DNA of 64,000 nt, taken from contig JBQLZK010000012.1 of NCBI GenBank assembly GCA_052168235.1, positions 32,001 through 96,000 of the forward strand, given 5' to 3'. Below are positions 29,967 through 40,420 of this stretch, piece by piece (the stretch's first letter is position 1; every line of letters starts with the position of its first letter). Under the pieces are notes generated by a model. That model worked only from the letters and a program-made list of their open reading frames with translations. It did not search any database and was not told where the DNA came from. Position numbers and translations under genes: made by a program. The stretch comes from Thainema sp. Lineage in GTDB: Bacteria; Cyanobacteriota; Cyanobacteriia; Phormidesmidales; Phormidesmidaceae.

Positions 29967-30371
29967 CTATTCTTTCTCGATGCTGACGCGATCAGTTTCG
30001 ATATGTTTTGTCCCATCGACCTGGCGAACAACATCTATAACGTGATCCAGTTCGATTCTGCTGGGAACCTGTCCTTCAAAAATGACGGAATCGCCGAATT
30101 GAATTAGCCGCAGTTGCTCTAGGTCAGACGCAACTGGATCATCTTCAAGTGCGATCGCGGCTCGCTTGGCCAATCCACTAGGATCATATTCTCCATTCAG
30201 GCCCATGAACTCCGGCGGTGGTGGTGGCATGTGAGTCCCCGCATCTTCCCGGAGCTGAGCATTGTAGTCCTGCCCAAAGCCCGGCTGCATGCGTGATTCC
30301 GCATCGAAATCGTGGGTCGGCTGCGTCAATTCCCCAACTTGTTGCACATAGGCGCGCTGTAACCAGGTCAT
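29967..30371 (-). CDS. BON-like / phospholipid-binding small protein
   Basis: GLNGEYDPSGLAKR..., VIFEGQVPS, VRQVDGTKHIETD. Confidence 0.65.
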   Translation of the reverse strand: MTWLQRAYVQQVGELTQPTHDFDAESRMQPGFGQDYNAQLREDAGTHMPPPPPEFMGLNGEYDPSGLAKRAAIALEDDPVASDLEQLRLIQFGDSVIFEGQVPSRIELDHVIDVVRQVDGTKHIETDRVSIEKE

Positions 30372-30508
30372 AACTTTGTCTTAAATAAGATACTGCTTCT
30401 CTATTACAGCGTGGATACATTGCCCCTACATCATCCCAGTGTGATAGGTCAAGTCAACTTGATGGCTTCAAAAGGGAGAAATATAGCGCCGTCATTTTGA
30501 TTGCAGTA

Positions 30509-30583
30509 TTTAAACCAAATCCAGGTTGAAAAGTAGAGCTTTCCCTCAGGGAAAGCTCTACTTTTCAACCCTGTTGGGGTTTA
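30509..30583 (+). mobile_element. 75-bp palindromic dispersed repeat, family A copy 1
   Basis: Arms GGTTGAAAAGTAGAGCTTTCCC-tca-GGGAAAGCTCTACTTTTCAACC; ends TAAACC / GGTTTA; 73/75 identical to 54650-54724. Confidence 0.9.
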
Positions 30584-30727
30584 TACAATCTGATGTTTCA
30601 ACATTTGAAATTCAACAGTTGAAAATTTTCTATTGGTTTTCTGTTGGTTTGATTTTGGAGCGCTGCTTATCTGTCACTTTACAAACAGTTTCGCAGTATG
30701 AATTTTGAGTATCACCTTTTTGTCAAT

Positions 30728-30741
30728 GTAGCGGATTATAC
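30728..30741 (+). promoter_or_regulatory. Possible NtcA site upstream of the NRPS-like gene
   Basis: tGTA-GCGGATTA-TAC matches GTA-N8-TAC; no good TAN3T box at the canonical spacing. Confidence 0.25.
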
Positions 30742-30908
30742 GAAGCGGGATCAATGATAGTAATTATTGCCCTTGGGAATAATAATTGAGAACGCTAGTT
30801 TTACCGAATTAAATCGCCTGCATCTGCTCATTTCAACTGACTATCAGCCGACTATCAGTGATTCGGTATACGAGATTAAAGTCGTTTGCATAAGAGTAAT
30901 TACGTAGA

Positions 30909-33900
30909 ATGATGTTAGGCCACTCTTTCAGTCACACCACTATTCATGAAGCGATTGAACACCAAGCGCGCCAAACACCGCAGGCTAAAGCAATCATTTG
31001 GCAACAAACGAGCTTAACCTATGCAGAACTTAATCAGCGGGCCAATCAGTTAGCCCACTATTTAATTCATTCAGGTGTTCAACCAGAATGTTTTGTAGGA
31101 GTTTGTTTAGAGCGATCGCTTGATATGGTGGTGGCGCTGTTGGCGATTCTTAAGGCTGGAGGGGCTTATGTACCTTTGGATCCCACCTATCCTTCCGATC
31201 GCCTCGCTTTCATTATTGAAGATACTCAGCTTCCTTTGGTCATTACTCAAGTGAGCCTGCAACCGTGTCTACCGGAGTATCAGGCCAAAGCTATCTATCT
31301 AGATACCGAGCAGTCAACGCTGGAGCAGTTTTCGATCCAAAATCCAGACACTTGGCAAAATCCGGCTCAGGGCGTGAACCCTCACAACCTGGCTTACGTG
31401 ATTTACACCTCTGGGTCAACTGGCCGACCCAAAGGTGTCGCGATTGAACACCGCAATGCGATCGCACTGATTGACTGGGCACGAGAACTCTATACTTCTG
31501 AACAGTTGGCTGGCGTACTGGCCGCAACGTCACTCTGCTTTGATTTGTCGATTTTTGAACTGTTCGTTACGTTAAGCTGTGGCGGCACGGTGATTTTAGC
31601 CAAGGATGCTCTCCAGTTGCCCCGTCTACCGGCTGCGAATCAGGTGACGTTAATTAATACAGTGCCATCTGCGATCGCAGAACTGTTGAGGATTGACGGT
31701 ATTCCAACTTCTGTTAAAACCATTAATCTTGCGGGCGAACCACTACAAAATACGCTAGCCCAGCAGCTTTATCAGCTTGACCACGTTGAGCAAGTTTATA
31801 ACCTATATGGGCCGTCCGAAGATACCACCTACTCTACTGTCGCCCTAGTCCAAAAAGGCGCAACAACTTCGCCCTCAATTGGCCGTCCGATCAGCAATAC
31901 CCAAATTTATCTGTTAGACAGCCGCCTCAACCTGGTGCAGGAAGGAGCGGAAGGCGAAATCTATATCAGTGGAGCAGGCATTGCCCGGGAATATCTCAAC
32001 CGACCGGATTTAACCGCTGAACGATTTTTGCCCAATCCCTACAATAAGCAAGCACCCCATGATCGACTCTACAAAACCGGGGATTTAGCGACTTACTCTG
32101 CCGACGGCACACTCAACTACTTAGGGCGAATTGATCATCAAGTCAAAGTGCGCGGTTTTCGGATCGAACTGGGTGAAATTGAGTTTGCGCTGAGCGAGTA
32201 TCCCGACATTCGTCAGGTTGTCGTCGTGGCCCGAGGTGATGCACCAGACCGCACGAATAAGCGATTGGTTGCCTATGTTGTACCAGATGTTGTACCAGAG
32301 ATAAATGAGCATCTAACAAGCATTACACCTCGAAGCTTACGAGACTATCTTCAGCAGAAACTCCCAAACTACATGATCCCGTCAGCGTTCATGCTGCTGG
32401 ATGAGATGCCTTTGACCTTAAATGGCAAGGTCGATCGACGGGCTCTCCCTGTTCCAAAATGGTCGCGTATGGAAGAAGGCACCTATGTTCCTCCCAGCCG
32501 TCCACTAGAGATTCAACTGGCGTACATTTGGTCTCAGCTACTGGGTGTGGAGCACATTGGCATCCATGACGGATTCTGTGAGTTAGGTGGGCATTCACTC
32601 CTCTCGGTTCAGCTCATGGCGCAACTCCAGCAAACTTTAAATGTTGAAGTTCCGTTGGAAGTCTTTTTAGAAACTCCAACCATTGCAGGACTAGCCCAAG
32701 CGATTGAATATCTTCAGCAAGGCCAGCAATTATTCACTTCGATTGATAGCATCGAAGCCAGTATTCAGCTTGATGCAAGGGTTCAACCTCAGCATCAGTT
32801 AACTGCACCCGTTATGAACTTCTTTTTAACAGGTGCGACTGGTTTCCTAGGCGGTTTTATTCTGCATGAGCTGCTTGAACAGACCCATGCCGATGTTTAT
32901 TGTTTGGTGCGAGCCGATAGTTTGGAAGAGGGCCGAGCCCGATTGCAACAGGTGCTTCAGCGTTATTACCTGTGGGAAGAAGCCTTCGACTATCGCATTA
33001 TTCCGGTACTGGGAGACTTGAGTAAGCCAGAACTCGGAATTGAGCCTGCTCTGTTTCAGCGGCTGAGCGAAAAAATTGATGCCATTTATCACTGCGGTGC
33101 TTGGGTCAACATGGTTTATCCCTACGCCACTCTGGAGCCTACCAATGTTAAAGGAACGCAGGAAGTTTTGAGACTAGCCAGTCAAAGCCATCCTAAGCCC
33201 GTTCACTATGTCTCTACGACCGATGTGTTTTCTACTGCTGCCCGAGCAGGTCTGCATTCAGTTTGTGAACTTACCCCCATTGGGCCAGCTAAGGCTCTGT
33301 ATAGCGGCTATGCTCAAACGAAGTATGCGGCAGAACGTCTCGTCATGGCAGCGCGCGATCGCGGTTTACCGGTTGCGATTTATCGACCTGGAAATATCAT
33401 TGGTTCTCAACAAACGGGGATCTGTCAGACCAGTGACTTCGTCGCAAAGCTACTCAAGGGCTGCCTGCAAGCCGGAGCTGCTCCCCAGATTGAAGCAAGT
33501 TTAAACCTGTCGCCGGTTGATTTCGTCAGTCGCACCATCGTGCGGCTATCTTGCCACACCCTCCCGCAGGGACAAGCATTTCTGGTCGTTAATCCTGATT
33601 CGTTGTCCTGGAGCCAATCTATAGACCGGTTGAGACAAGCTGGATATTCTTTGCAAACCCTACCCTATGAGGCTTGGTACAGCCTCCTTCTGAAGCAGAT
33701 TGCTCAAACCACTTCTATAAAAGACCCCGATAGTAACGTATTGGCTCCTTTGGTTTCACTTCTCACTTACCAAGGCTTTGTACAAAAGCTGTTAGGAGCC
33801 CTTGAGTTTGATCAATTGAGGCAGCTTAGTCAATTAACTCGCTATGCGATTGAGTATCCTCCATCAGCCATAGATTCACTCGATTTATATATTTCTTACT

Positions 33901-33956
33901 TGAGTCAGTGTCGTTTCCTCCCCAAGCCAGTGCTTTCTAGCCAACTCATGGCTTGA
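30909..33956 (+). CDS. Stand-alone NRPS-like A-T-R enzyme (adenylation, carrier, thioester reductase), predicted Ala-specific
   Basis: YTSGSTGRPKG, NLYGPSE, YKTGD, QVKVRGFRIELGEIE, NGKVDR; carrier GGHSL; reductase TGATGFLG and YAQTK; no C domain. Confidence 0.93.
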   Translation: MMLGHSFSHTTIHEAIEHQARQTPQAKAIIWQQTSLTYAELNQRANQLAHYLIHSGVQPECFVGVCLERSLDMVVALLAILKAGGAYVPLDPTYPSDRLAFIIEDTQLPLVITQVSLQPCLPEYQAKAIYLDTEQSTLEQFSIQNPDTWQNPAQGVNPHNLAYVIYTSGSTGRPKGVAIEHRNAIALIDWARELYTSEQLAGVLAATSLCFDLSIFELFVTLSCGGTVILAKDALQLPRLPAANQVTLINTVPSAIAELLRIDGIPTSVKTINLAGEPLQNTLAQQLYQLDHVEQVYNLYGPSEDTTYSTVALVQKGATTSPSIGRPISNTQIYLLDSRLNLVQEGAEGEIYISGAGIAREYLNRPDLTAERFLPNPYNKQAPHDRLYKTGDLATYSADGTLNYLGRIDHQVKVRGFRIELGEIEFALSEYPDIRQVVVVARGDAPDRTNKRLVAYVVPDVVPEINEHLTSITPRSLRDYLQQKLPNYMIPSAFMLLDEMPLTLNGKVDRRALPVPKWSRMEEGTYVPPSRPLEIQLAYIWSQLLGVEHIGIHDGFCELGGHSLLSVQLMAQLQQTLNVEVPLEVFLETPTIAGLAQAIEYLQQGQQLFTSIDSIEASIQLDARVQPQHQLTAPVMNFFLTGATGFLGGFILHELLEQTHADVYCLVRADSLEEGRARLQQVLQRYYLWEEAFDYRIIPVLGDLSKPELGIEPALFQRLSEKIDAIYHCGAWVNMVYPYATLEPTNVKGTQEVLRLASQSHPKPVHYVSTTDVFSTAARAGLHSVCELTPIGPAKALYSGYAQTKYAAERLVMAARDRGLPVAIYRPGNIIGSQQTGICQTSDFVAKLLKGCLQAGAAPQIEASLNLSPVDFVSRTIVRLSCHTLPQGQAFLVVNPDSLSWSQSIDRLRQAGYSLQTLPYEAWYSLLLKQIAQTTSIKDPDSNVLAPLVSLLTYQGFVQKLLGALEFDQLRQLSQLTRYAIEYPPSAIDSLDLYISYLSQCRFLPKPVLSSQLMA

Positions 33957-33978
33957 GCTTTCTTCAATGCAACAAGCT

Positions 33979-34023
33979 AAAGGTTTACTTACTGAGACAT
34001 CACAGCAGTCAGTAAACCTTTTT
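33979..34023 (+). terminator. Hairpin after the NRPS-like gene
   Basis: AAAGGTTTACT...AGTAAACCTTT(TT), ~22 nt past the stop. Confidence 0.5.
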
Positions 34024-34231
34024 CCAAACACTTTTGAATCCAATATTTACCGATATTTATATGCGGCCAAACAATTTTCTCTGCGCAATGTTATTTCAAA
34101 AGTCAACTTGGGTACTTTGAAGGTGAGCAAGAGAGTCAGTTGATGCCGTGGCTCAAGCCCATGCCAAGGTATCAACTGAAGCGTCATACGAATAAAAGTT
34201 GAAAATAACTTACCGAGTTTGTGGCGTAACC

Positions 34232-37162
34232 ATGAAAAAAATCGGCTTTTCAAAAGAGAATTGGGACGGAATCCATAATGCCCAGCAATATAAAGGATCC
34301 ATCACTCGAAAGACTCTGGTTACGACCGCTATCAGTATCAGTGTTGTGATCGTTGCTTCTACGGGCATCGCCTATCGGCAACTTGTTTCAAGGATCACAG
34401 ATGAAACCTTAGCTCAAGTTGAAAAGTATGCTCAGCTCCGAGCAGAACGGGAACGAGCCGTTTTTCAACTAGCAGAAGATAACCATATTTTGCTCAAAGA
34501 GGCTTTACTCACCGAGCTTGAACAAAATCGCGATCGCGCCAGTAGCATATCTGCATTTAACCAGCTTTTTGAAAGACAGGCAGACGGTACATTTCGCAAT
34601 CGAGAAGAATTCTTTAACGTCGAAGAAACCCCTGGTATTTTCTTAGGTGCCAACGTTAACGTTGACCAAAATATGCAGCACCGAGTTATCTCATACTTCA
34701 ATGTTCTAGAAGCCTATGGGCCAGCTTGGCGAAACCGGTTTGTCAATACCTATATGCAGATTCCAGAGAATGGAATTGCAATCTACATGCCAACCTATCC
34801 CTGGGTTCAAAATGCGCCATCTGATCCTGCATTTAGAGTCACGGATGATGAGTCATTCTATATCACGGACAAGGAACATAACCCAATTCGCGAGACAGTA
34901 TGGACAGGTATTTACTATGACCAAGTTGCACGTGCTTGGATGGCATCCTGTGTGACTCCAGTTGATGTGAATAGTCAGCATATCGCCACGATTGGGCACG
35001 ATATTCTAATTACTGAACTGCAAGATCGAACGATTAATGAAACCCTAGAGGGAACTTACAACATGATCTTTCGGGCAGATGGTCGTTTGGTGGCCCACCC
35101 CGAATTAATGGATGAAATTCAACAGAACCGAGGTAAATTTAATATCTCTCAGTCTGACGATTCTCGGCTTCGCCAAATCTTTGAACTTGTAACTCAAAAG
35201 TCAGACGGTCAAATTATCTTAGATCACGTTGAACATGATGAATACTTAGCTGTTACTTCAATCGAAGGCCCCGATTGGTATCTCGTGACGGTTTTTCCAA
35301 AGGCTTTAGTTCAGCAACAGGCATTCATAACAGCACGCCTAGTTTTACTCCTCGGTTTCTTTTCGTTATTGATTGAAGTCATCGTTATTTTCTTCATTCT
35401 GCGACGCCAAATTTCCACACCGCTTGCTAGTCTAATGGCAGCAACTGAAAGTGTTGCTAGTGGAAATTTGGACATCGATCTCAATACAGATCGTCAAGAT
35501 GAGCTTGGTCGTTTGGCTTTTCTCTTCAACAAAATGGCCCAGCAGTTAAAGGCATCATTTGAAAAGCTAGCCAAATCAAATGAAATACTTGAAGCTCGTG
35601 TTGAAGAACGTACGGCTGAATTAAAGCAGGCTAAGGAAGTGGCTGATGCTGCTAATCAAGCCAAGAGCGAGTTCTTAGCAAATATGAGTCATGAATTAAG
35701 AACACCGCTAAATGGCATTTTGGGCTATGCTCAAATTTTAAGACGTTCTGATACATTTACGGCTGATGAAAAACAAGGATTGAATATTATCTATCAGTGT
35801 GGATCGCATCTGTTAACGTTGATTAACGATATTTTAGATCTTGCAAAAATTGAAGCTCGAAAGATGGAGCTACATCCAACTCATATTCATTTTCCATCTT
35901 TTCTTCAGGGTGTATACGAAGTTTGTCAGATCAGAGCTCAGCAGAAACAGATCGATTTCACTTATCGGTCTGATCCAAATCTGCCAACTAGTATTTTATC
36001 CGACGAAAAACGACTCAGGCAGATCCTGATTAATCTCATCAGTAATGCAATTAAGTTTACAGAGTATGGCTCTGTCGTATTTAGCGTACAAGTTATCGAT
36101 TCCGTTGCTCAATGTGCCAATAGTCCATCTCAATTGAATCCAGAAATAGCGGCTGTAAATAAATCTACAGATCAAAGCGATATATTGAAAGACTCAAATA
36201 CGTTAAGAATTCGCTTTGAGGTGCAGGATACTGGCGTCGGTATGACCGATGAACAAGTGCAAAAAATCTTCTTGCCATTTGAGCAGGTTGGCAACGTTAA
36301 GAAGCAATCTGAGGGGACTGGTCTAGGGCTTTCTATTAGTCAAACGTTTGTTCAAATGATGGGTGGTTCATTGAATGTTAGGAGTCAGCTAGGGCAAGGT
36401 AGTACGTTTTGGTTTGACGTTGACTTTTATGAAGTTGAGGCATGGGATGAACAGTCAAAAATCACATCGAATTTAGGCAAGGTTACTGGCTTTGAAGGAT
36501 CTGAGATACCTATCTTGCTCGTTGATGATCGGTGGGAAAACCGAGTTGTCATTCGAAAACTCCTGGAACCACTCGGATTCAAGATTACAGAGGCTGAAGA
36601 TGGTCAAGAGGCTTTAGAAAAAGCAGAGCATTTTCTTCCTCATTTAATTATTACTGATTTAGCTATGCCAGTTATGGGTGGGTATGAGTTGTTAAAAGCA
36701 CTTCAACAAACTGATGTATTAAAAGATATACCTGTCATTATTTCTTCTGCAAGCGTTTTTAATTCAGAACAATATAAAAGTATGAAAGCAGGTGCAAAAG
36801 CCTTCTTAGCTAAGCCTATTCAGGCGGAAGAACTATTTGATGCGCTAGAAAAATATCTAAACATTAAATGGATCTATGAAACCGAAAATCTAGCATTAAT
36901 AGGTCAAGCAGATCATCCTTGTTCTGATATTTTTAGTATTGGAGAGGATGTTTTAGTTCCATCTCATGAAGAACTTATTCAGCTTTATGAATATGCTCAA
37001 AAAGGTCGCATACTGAATTTAGAGCAGAGAGTTGAAGAGCTAAGATTGGAAAATCAAGAACTGGCCGCGTTTGCCAGCCAAATTCGTATGTTAACTCGGA
37101 ACTTTAAACTAGAAAGGATTCAAGATTTGTTGAGGGATTATCTCAATGTTGATCCGAAATAG
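34232..37162 (+). CDS. Membrane hybrid sensor kinase: TM-dCache-TM-HAMP-HisKA-HATPase-REC
   Basis: VWTGIYYD...IGHDI (dCache), RQDELGRLA (HAMP), [38 protein letters not shown]. Confidence 0.92.
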   Translation: MKKIGFSKENWDGIHNAQQYKGSITRKTLVTTAISISVVIVASTGIAYRQLVSRITDETLAQVEKYAQLRAERERAVFQLAEDNHILLKEALLTELEQNRDRASSISAFNQLFERQADGTFRNREEFFNVEETPGIFLGANVNVDQNMQHRVISYFNVLEAYGPAWRNRFVNTYMQIPENGIAIYMPTYPWVQNAPSDPAFRVTDDESFYITDKEHNPIRETVWTGIYYDQVARAWMASCVTPVDVNSQHIATIGHDILITELQDRTINETLEGTYNMIFRADGRLVAHPELMDEIQQNRGKFNISQSDDSRLRQIFELVTQKSDGQIILDHVEHDEYLAVTSIEGPDWYLVTVFPKALVQQQAFITARLVLLLGFFSLLIEVIVIFFILRRQISTPLASLMAATESVASGNLDIDLNTDRQDELGRLAFLFNKMAQQLKASFEKLAKSNEILEARVEERTAELKQAKEVADAANQAKSEFLANMSHELRTPLNGILGYAQILRRSDTFTADEKQGLNIIYQCGSHLLTLINDILDLAKIEARKMELHPTHIHFPSFLQGVYEVCQIRAQQKQIDFTYRSDPNLPTSILSDEKRLRQILINLISNAIKFTEYGSVVFSVQVIDSVAQCANSPSQLNPEIAAVNKSTDQSDILKDSNTLRIRFEVQDTGVGMTDEQVQKIFLPFEQVGNVKKQSEGTGLGLSISQTFVQMMGGSLNVRSQLGQGSTFWFDVDFYEVEAWDEQSKITSNLGKVTGFEGSEIPILLVDDRWENRVVIRKLLEPLGFKITEAEDGQEALEKAEHFLPHLIITDLAMPVMGGYELLKALQQTDVLKDIPVIISSASVFNSEQYKSMKAGAKAFLAKPIQAEELFDALEKYLNIKWIYETENLALIGQADHPCSDIFSIGEDVLVPSHEELIQLYEYAQKGRILNLEQRVEELRLENQELAAFASQIRMLTRNFKLERIQDLLRDYLNVDPK

Positions 37163-37243
37163 TGCCGTGAAGCAATTTTTAAGTGTATCCCTGCTGAAAG
37201 ATATTCTGATGAATGAAAATAAACATAAAGTTTGGTGGATAGC

Positions 37244-38689
37244 ATGGTTGATACCGTATGTGATCTTATTCTAATCGTGGATGATAATCCTACTAATCTT
37301 GAGGTTCTCTCTAAGTCAATTAGTAGCACAGGTTATTCTATTGCCGTTGCTACGAGTGGTGAGAATGCTCTTAAGCAGATAGGTTACGAACGACCGTCTC
37401 TCATTCTGCTAGATGTCATGATGCCTGGTATCGATGGCTTTGAAACTTGTCGTCGCCTTAAAGCCGATCCAACAACCAGTGCTATTCCAGTTATTTTTAT
37501 GACGGCTTTATCAGACATTGAAAACAAAATTAAAGGTTTATCTTTAGGCGCAGTTGATTATATTACCAAACCTTTCCAGCAAGAAGAGGTCATTGCTCGG
37601 ATTAAAATTCATTTAAAGATTCAAACGTTAACTCAAACCCTTGCCTGTCAAAATGAACTGTTGCGACAAGAAATTCAGCATCGAGAGCAGGCTGAGGCAC
37701 AGCTGCAATTACTTAATCATGAATTAGAAGTACGAGTTGCAAATAGAACAGCAGAATTATCTACTGCGCTTCATCAGCTACAGCAAACGCAGGTACAGCT
37801 TGTCCAAAAAGAAAAGCTATCAACACTGGGTGAACTGGTTGCAGGAGTCGCCCATGAAATTAACAATCCAATTGGTTTTATTGCCAATAATTTAGAACCG
37901 GCCATGGAATATGTGGCGGATATCGCGCAGGTTATTCGCCTTTATCAACAGAATTATCCGAATCCAAGTATTGAAATCTCCCGATTTGTAGAAGATATTG
38001 ATCTTGATTTTGCTTTGGATGATTTAGCAAAGCTTTTAGCTTCTATGCAACTTGGGACAGAGCGCATTCGGGAAATATCGATGTCCCTGCGCAATTTTTC
38101 TCGCTCGGATACAAAGTGTTTGATGCCTGTTAATATTCATCAGGGATTGGATAGTACACTGCTGATTTTGAAACATCGATTAAAAGAAAATGAGTATCGG
38201 CAGGCTATTAGCGTCGTTCGAAATTACGGAAATCTGCCCGAAATAACGTGTTATCCGGGGCAGATTAATCAGGTTTTTATGAATCTTTTATCTAATGCAA
38301 TTGATGCATTAGATGAAGGTAGTCAATCTAATCAAGTTGTCACCAATACCAATTCAACTCATATATTACCGATTAGTTCTAAGTCTTTAGAACCCACTAT
38401 TTGCATTAGCACAGAGTATGCTGGCGGTAATTGCGCCACAATTCGCATTATCGATAACGGCCCTGGGATGGCAGATACCATTCGCGATCGCTTATTTGAG
38501 CCTCTATTTACTACTAAAAAAGTAAATCAGGGTACTGGTTTAGGACTGTCGATTAGCCGTCAAATTGTGGTTGAGCGACATGGGGGGCAGTTGACGTGCC
38601 AGTCTCACCCTGGCAAAGGCGCTGAGTTTGTGATTGATTTACCAATCAATGCTGAGGTTGCAGCCAGTCAAGCACTACTTGTTTCTTAG
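37244..38689 (+). CDS. Cytoplasmic REC-HisKA-HATPase hybrid kinase
   Basis: LIVDDNPTN, LLDVMMPGIDG, DYITKPF; VAHEINNP, NLLSNAIDA, GTGLGLS. Confidence 0.92.
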   Translation: MVDTVCDLILIVDDNPTNLEVLSKSISSTGYSIAVATSGENALKQIGYERPSLILLDVMMPGIDGFETCRRLKADPTTSAIPVIFMTALSDIENKIKGLSLGAVDYITKPFQQEEVIARIKIHLKIQTLTQTLACQNELLRQEIQHREQAEAQLQLLNHELEVRVANRTAELSTALHQLQQTQVQLVQKEKLSTLGELVAGVAHEINNPIGFIANNLEPAMEYVADIAQVIRLYQQNYPNPSIEISRFVEDIDLDFALDDLAKLLASMQLGTERIREISMSLRNFSRSDTKCLMPVNIHQGLDSTLLILKHRLKENEYRQAISVVRNYGNLPEITCYPGQINQVFMNLLSNAIDALDEGSQSNQVVTNTNSTHILPISSKSLEPTICISTEYAGGNCATIRIIDNGPGMADTIRDRLFEPLFTTKKVNQGTGLGLSISRQIVVERHGGQLTCQSHPGKGAEFVIDLPINAEVAASQALLVS

Positions 38690-39618
38690 GCACCGAGAAT
38701 TTGGTCGTCTAGGGAGAAGTCAACCTCAGCTTGATCTCGGCCAGATGAAAGATAGTCGTTCTGGAAAGAATCCTTTAAGCCTGAAACGAGATCAAACTGG
38801 GGTTGCCAATTGAGTTCGGTTTGAGCTTTATGAATATCGGCAAAAAAGTGTTGTACTCGCATTGGAAATGCTTTGCGCTTGCCAAAATTAAACTGCTTCG
38901 GATCGTAGTGAACCAGTTCCAGCGCAGCGGGATCTTTTCCGGCTGCGATCGCACATGCCTTTGCTAAACCATCAAAGGTCACGTAGCGATCGCCAGAGAT
39001 ATTGTAAATCTGTCCAATAGCTTGAGAATTACCGAGTACAGCTGCCATTGCTTGGGCTAAATCCTGCACATGGCCGAGCTGAGTGATGTGCATACCGTTG
39101 CCGGGAATGGGCACAGTGCGATCTCGGATAACCCGGTCAAAGAACCAGGCTTCGACATCGTTGTAATTCTGTGGGCCGTAGATGTAAACCGGACGAACAG
39201 AGGTGAAGGGGATCTTCTGTTCCGCTAAGTATGTTTCAGTCTCAAATTTTCCTTTGTGGCGACTGTTCGGATCGACGGCATCGGCTTCCCGATGGGGTAA
39301 CTGGTCGGTCTTGAGATACACACCCGCAGAACTAACATAGACAAAATGCTGTACCCGATCGCCGAACAGTTCAACCAAAGGCTTTGTGTCGCTCAGTTCT
39401 CGCCCGTTGTTGTCAAAAATGGCATCAAATGATTGGCCGGATAGCTTATCTTTAAGCTGTGCTGCATCTTTGCGATCGCAGTGAATTTGCTGGATGCCCT
39501 CGACTGGAGCAGGCTTGTTGCCGCGATTGAGTAAAACAACCTCATGGCCTTGCTCAACCAAGATCCGAGTGAGGTACACACCAATAAAGCGAGTACCACC
39601 CATAACTAAAACTCTCAT
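38686..39618 (-). CDS. NAD-dependent epimerase/dehydratase family, CSP41b-like RNA-binding protein
   Basis: MGGTRFIG, DNNGRE, SSAGVY, RPVYIYGPQNYN, KAFPMRVQHFF. Confidence 0.88.
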   Translation of the reverse strand: MRVLVMGGTRFIGVYLTRILVEQGHEVVLLNRGNKPAPVEGIQQIHCDRKDAAQLKDKLSGQSFDAIFDNNGRELSDTKPLVELFGDRVQHFVYVSSAGVYLKTDQLPHREADAVDPNSRHKGKFETETYLAEQKIPFTSVRPVYIYGPQNYNDVEAWFFDRVIRDRTVPIPGNGMHITQLGHVQDLAQAMAAVLGNSQAIGQIYNISGDRYVTFDGLAKACAIAAGKDPAALELVHYDPKQFNFGKRKAFPMRVQHFFADIHKAQTELNWQPQFDLVSGLKDSFQNDYLSSGRDQAEVDFSLDDQILGA

Positions 39619-39776
39619 CCGGCTATCCTCCCAGCGATCACTGCTTTTCATCTTATACCGTTGCGTGATCCGGCCAAATGTCTACTATATTGGGAATCCT
39701 AATACCAGCCCTATAGAAAACGAGCGCTATGGACGAATTCAGTGCTGAGTCTGAAGACTGAGGGGCAGAAATACGC

Positions 39777-40316
39777 TTACGCCTCTCGCCTCACGTTATC
39801 GTGAGACAGCGTGACGCCTAATTTCTGAGACAGCCACACCTCAGTATTACGAATCAGGTACTTGCGGGGCATTTGGGTTGGGTCAACCATTGGCTCGACC
39901 AAAATGGTATACATGCCTAACCGATTGCCAACTAGCACGTCCGTAAACAAGCGATCGCCTACCATGCCAACCTGCTCAACTGGCAAACCTAACTCCTGTA
40001 GAGCCAAGCGCACCTTGCGCCGCGATGGCTTGCGGGCACCAAGAATATAGGGCAGATCTAATGCTTGTGCAATCCGACCAATCCGAACCTGACTCAAATT
40101 GTTGCTAACGAGCCAAATACCCTTGAGATGAGGGCGCAGATCGGCTAACCAATCTTTCAATTCAGCCGTAATCTGGGATGAATTAAATGGCACCAGAGTT
40201 TCATCCACATCAAGCACCAGGCCATTTAAACCGCCACGCTGAATGGTTTCCGCCGTTAGGCTGAGAATACTGTCTCCCAGAACGAGATCAGGCTGTAATA
40301 ACTTCCCCCAGGTCAT
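39777..40316 (-). CDS. yqeG: YqeG family HAD IIIA phosphatase
   Basis: LDVDETLV, VSNN, ARKP, MVGDRLFTDVLVGNRLG. Confidence 0.88.
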   Translation of the reverse strand: MTWGKLLQPDLVLGDSILSLTAETIQRGGLNGLVLDVDETLVPFNSSQITAELKDWLADLRPHLKGIWLVSNNLSQVRIGRIAQALDLPYILGARKPSRRKVRLALQELGLPVEQVGMVGDRLFTDVLVGNRLGMYTILVEPMVDPTQMPRKYLIRNTEVWLSQKLGVTLSHDNVRREA

Positions 40317-40420
40317 GCCAGTGCGCGCATTTCACAATTTATCGAGCTGAACTATCAGCTTACACCGAGCCTACAACTTTACTCGCGATTTGTCGAAAAC
40401 CGACATGTCCTGTTACCGAC

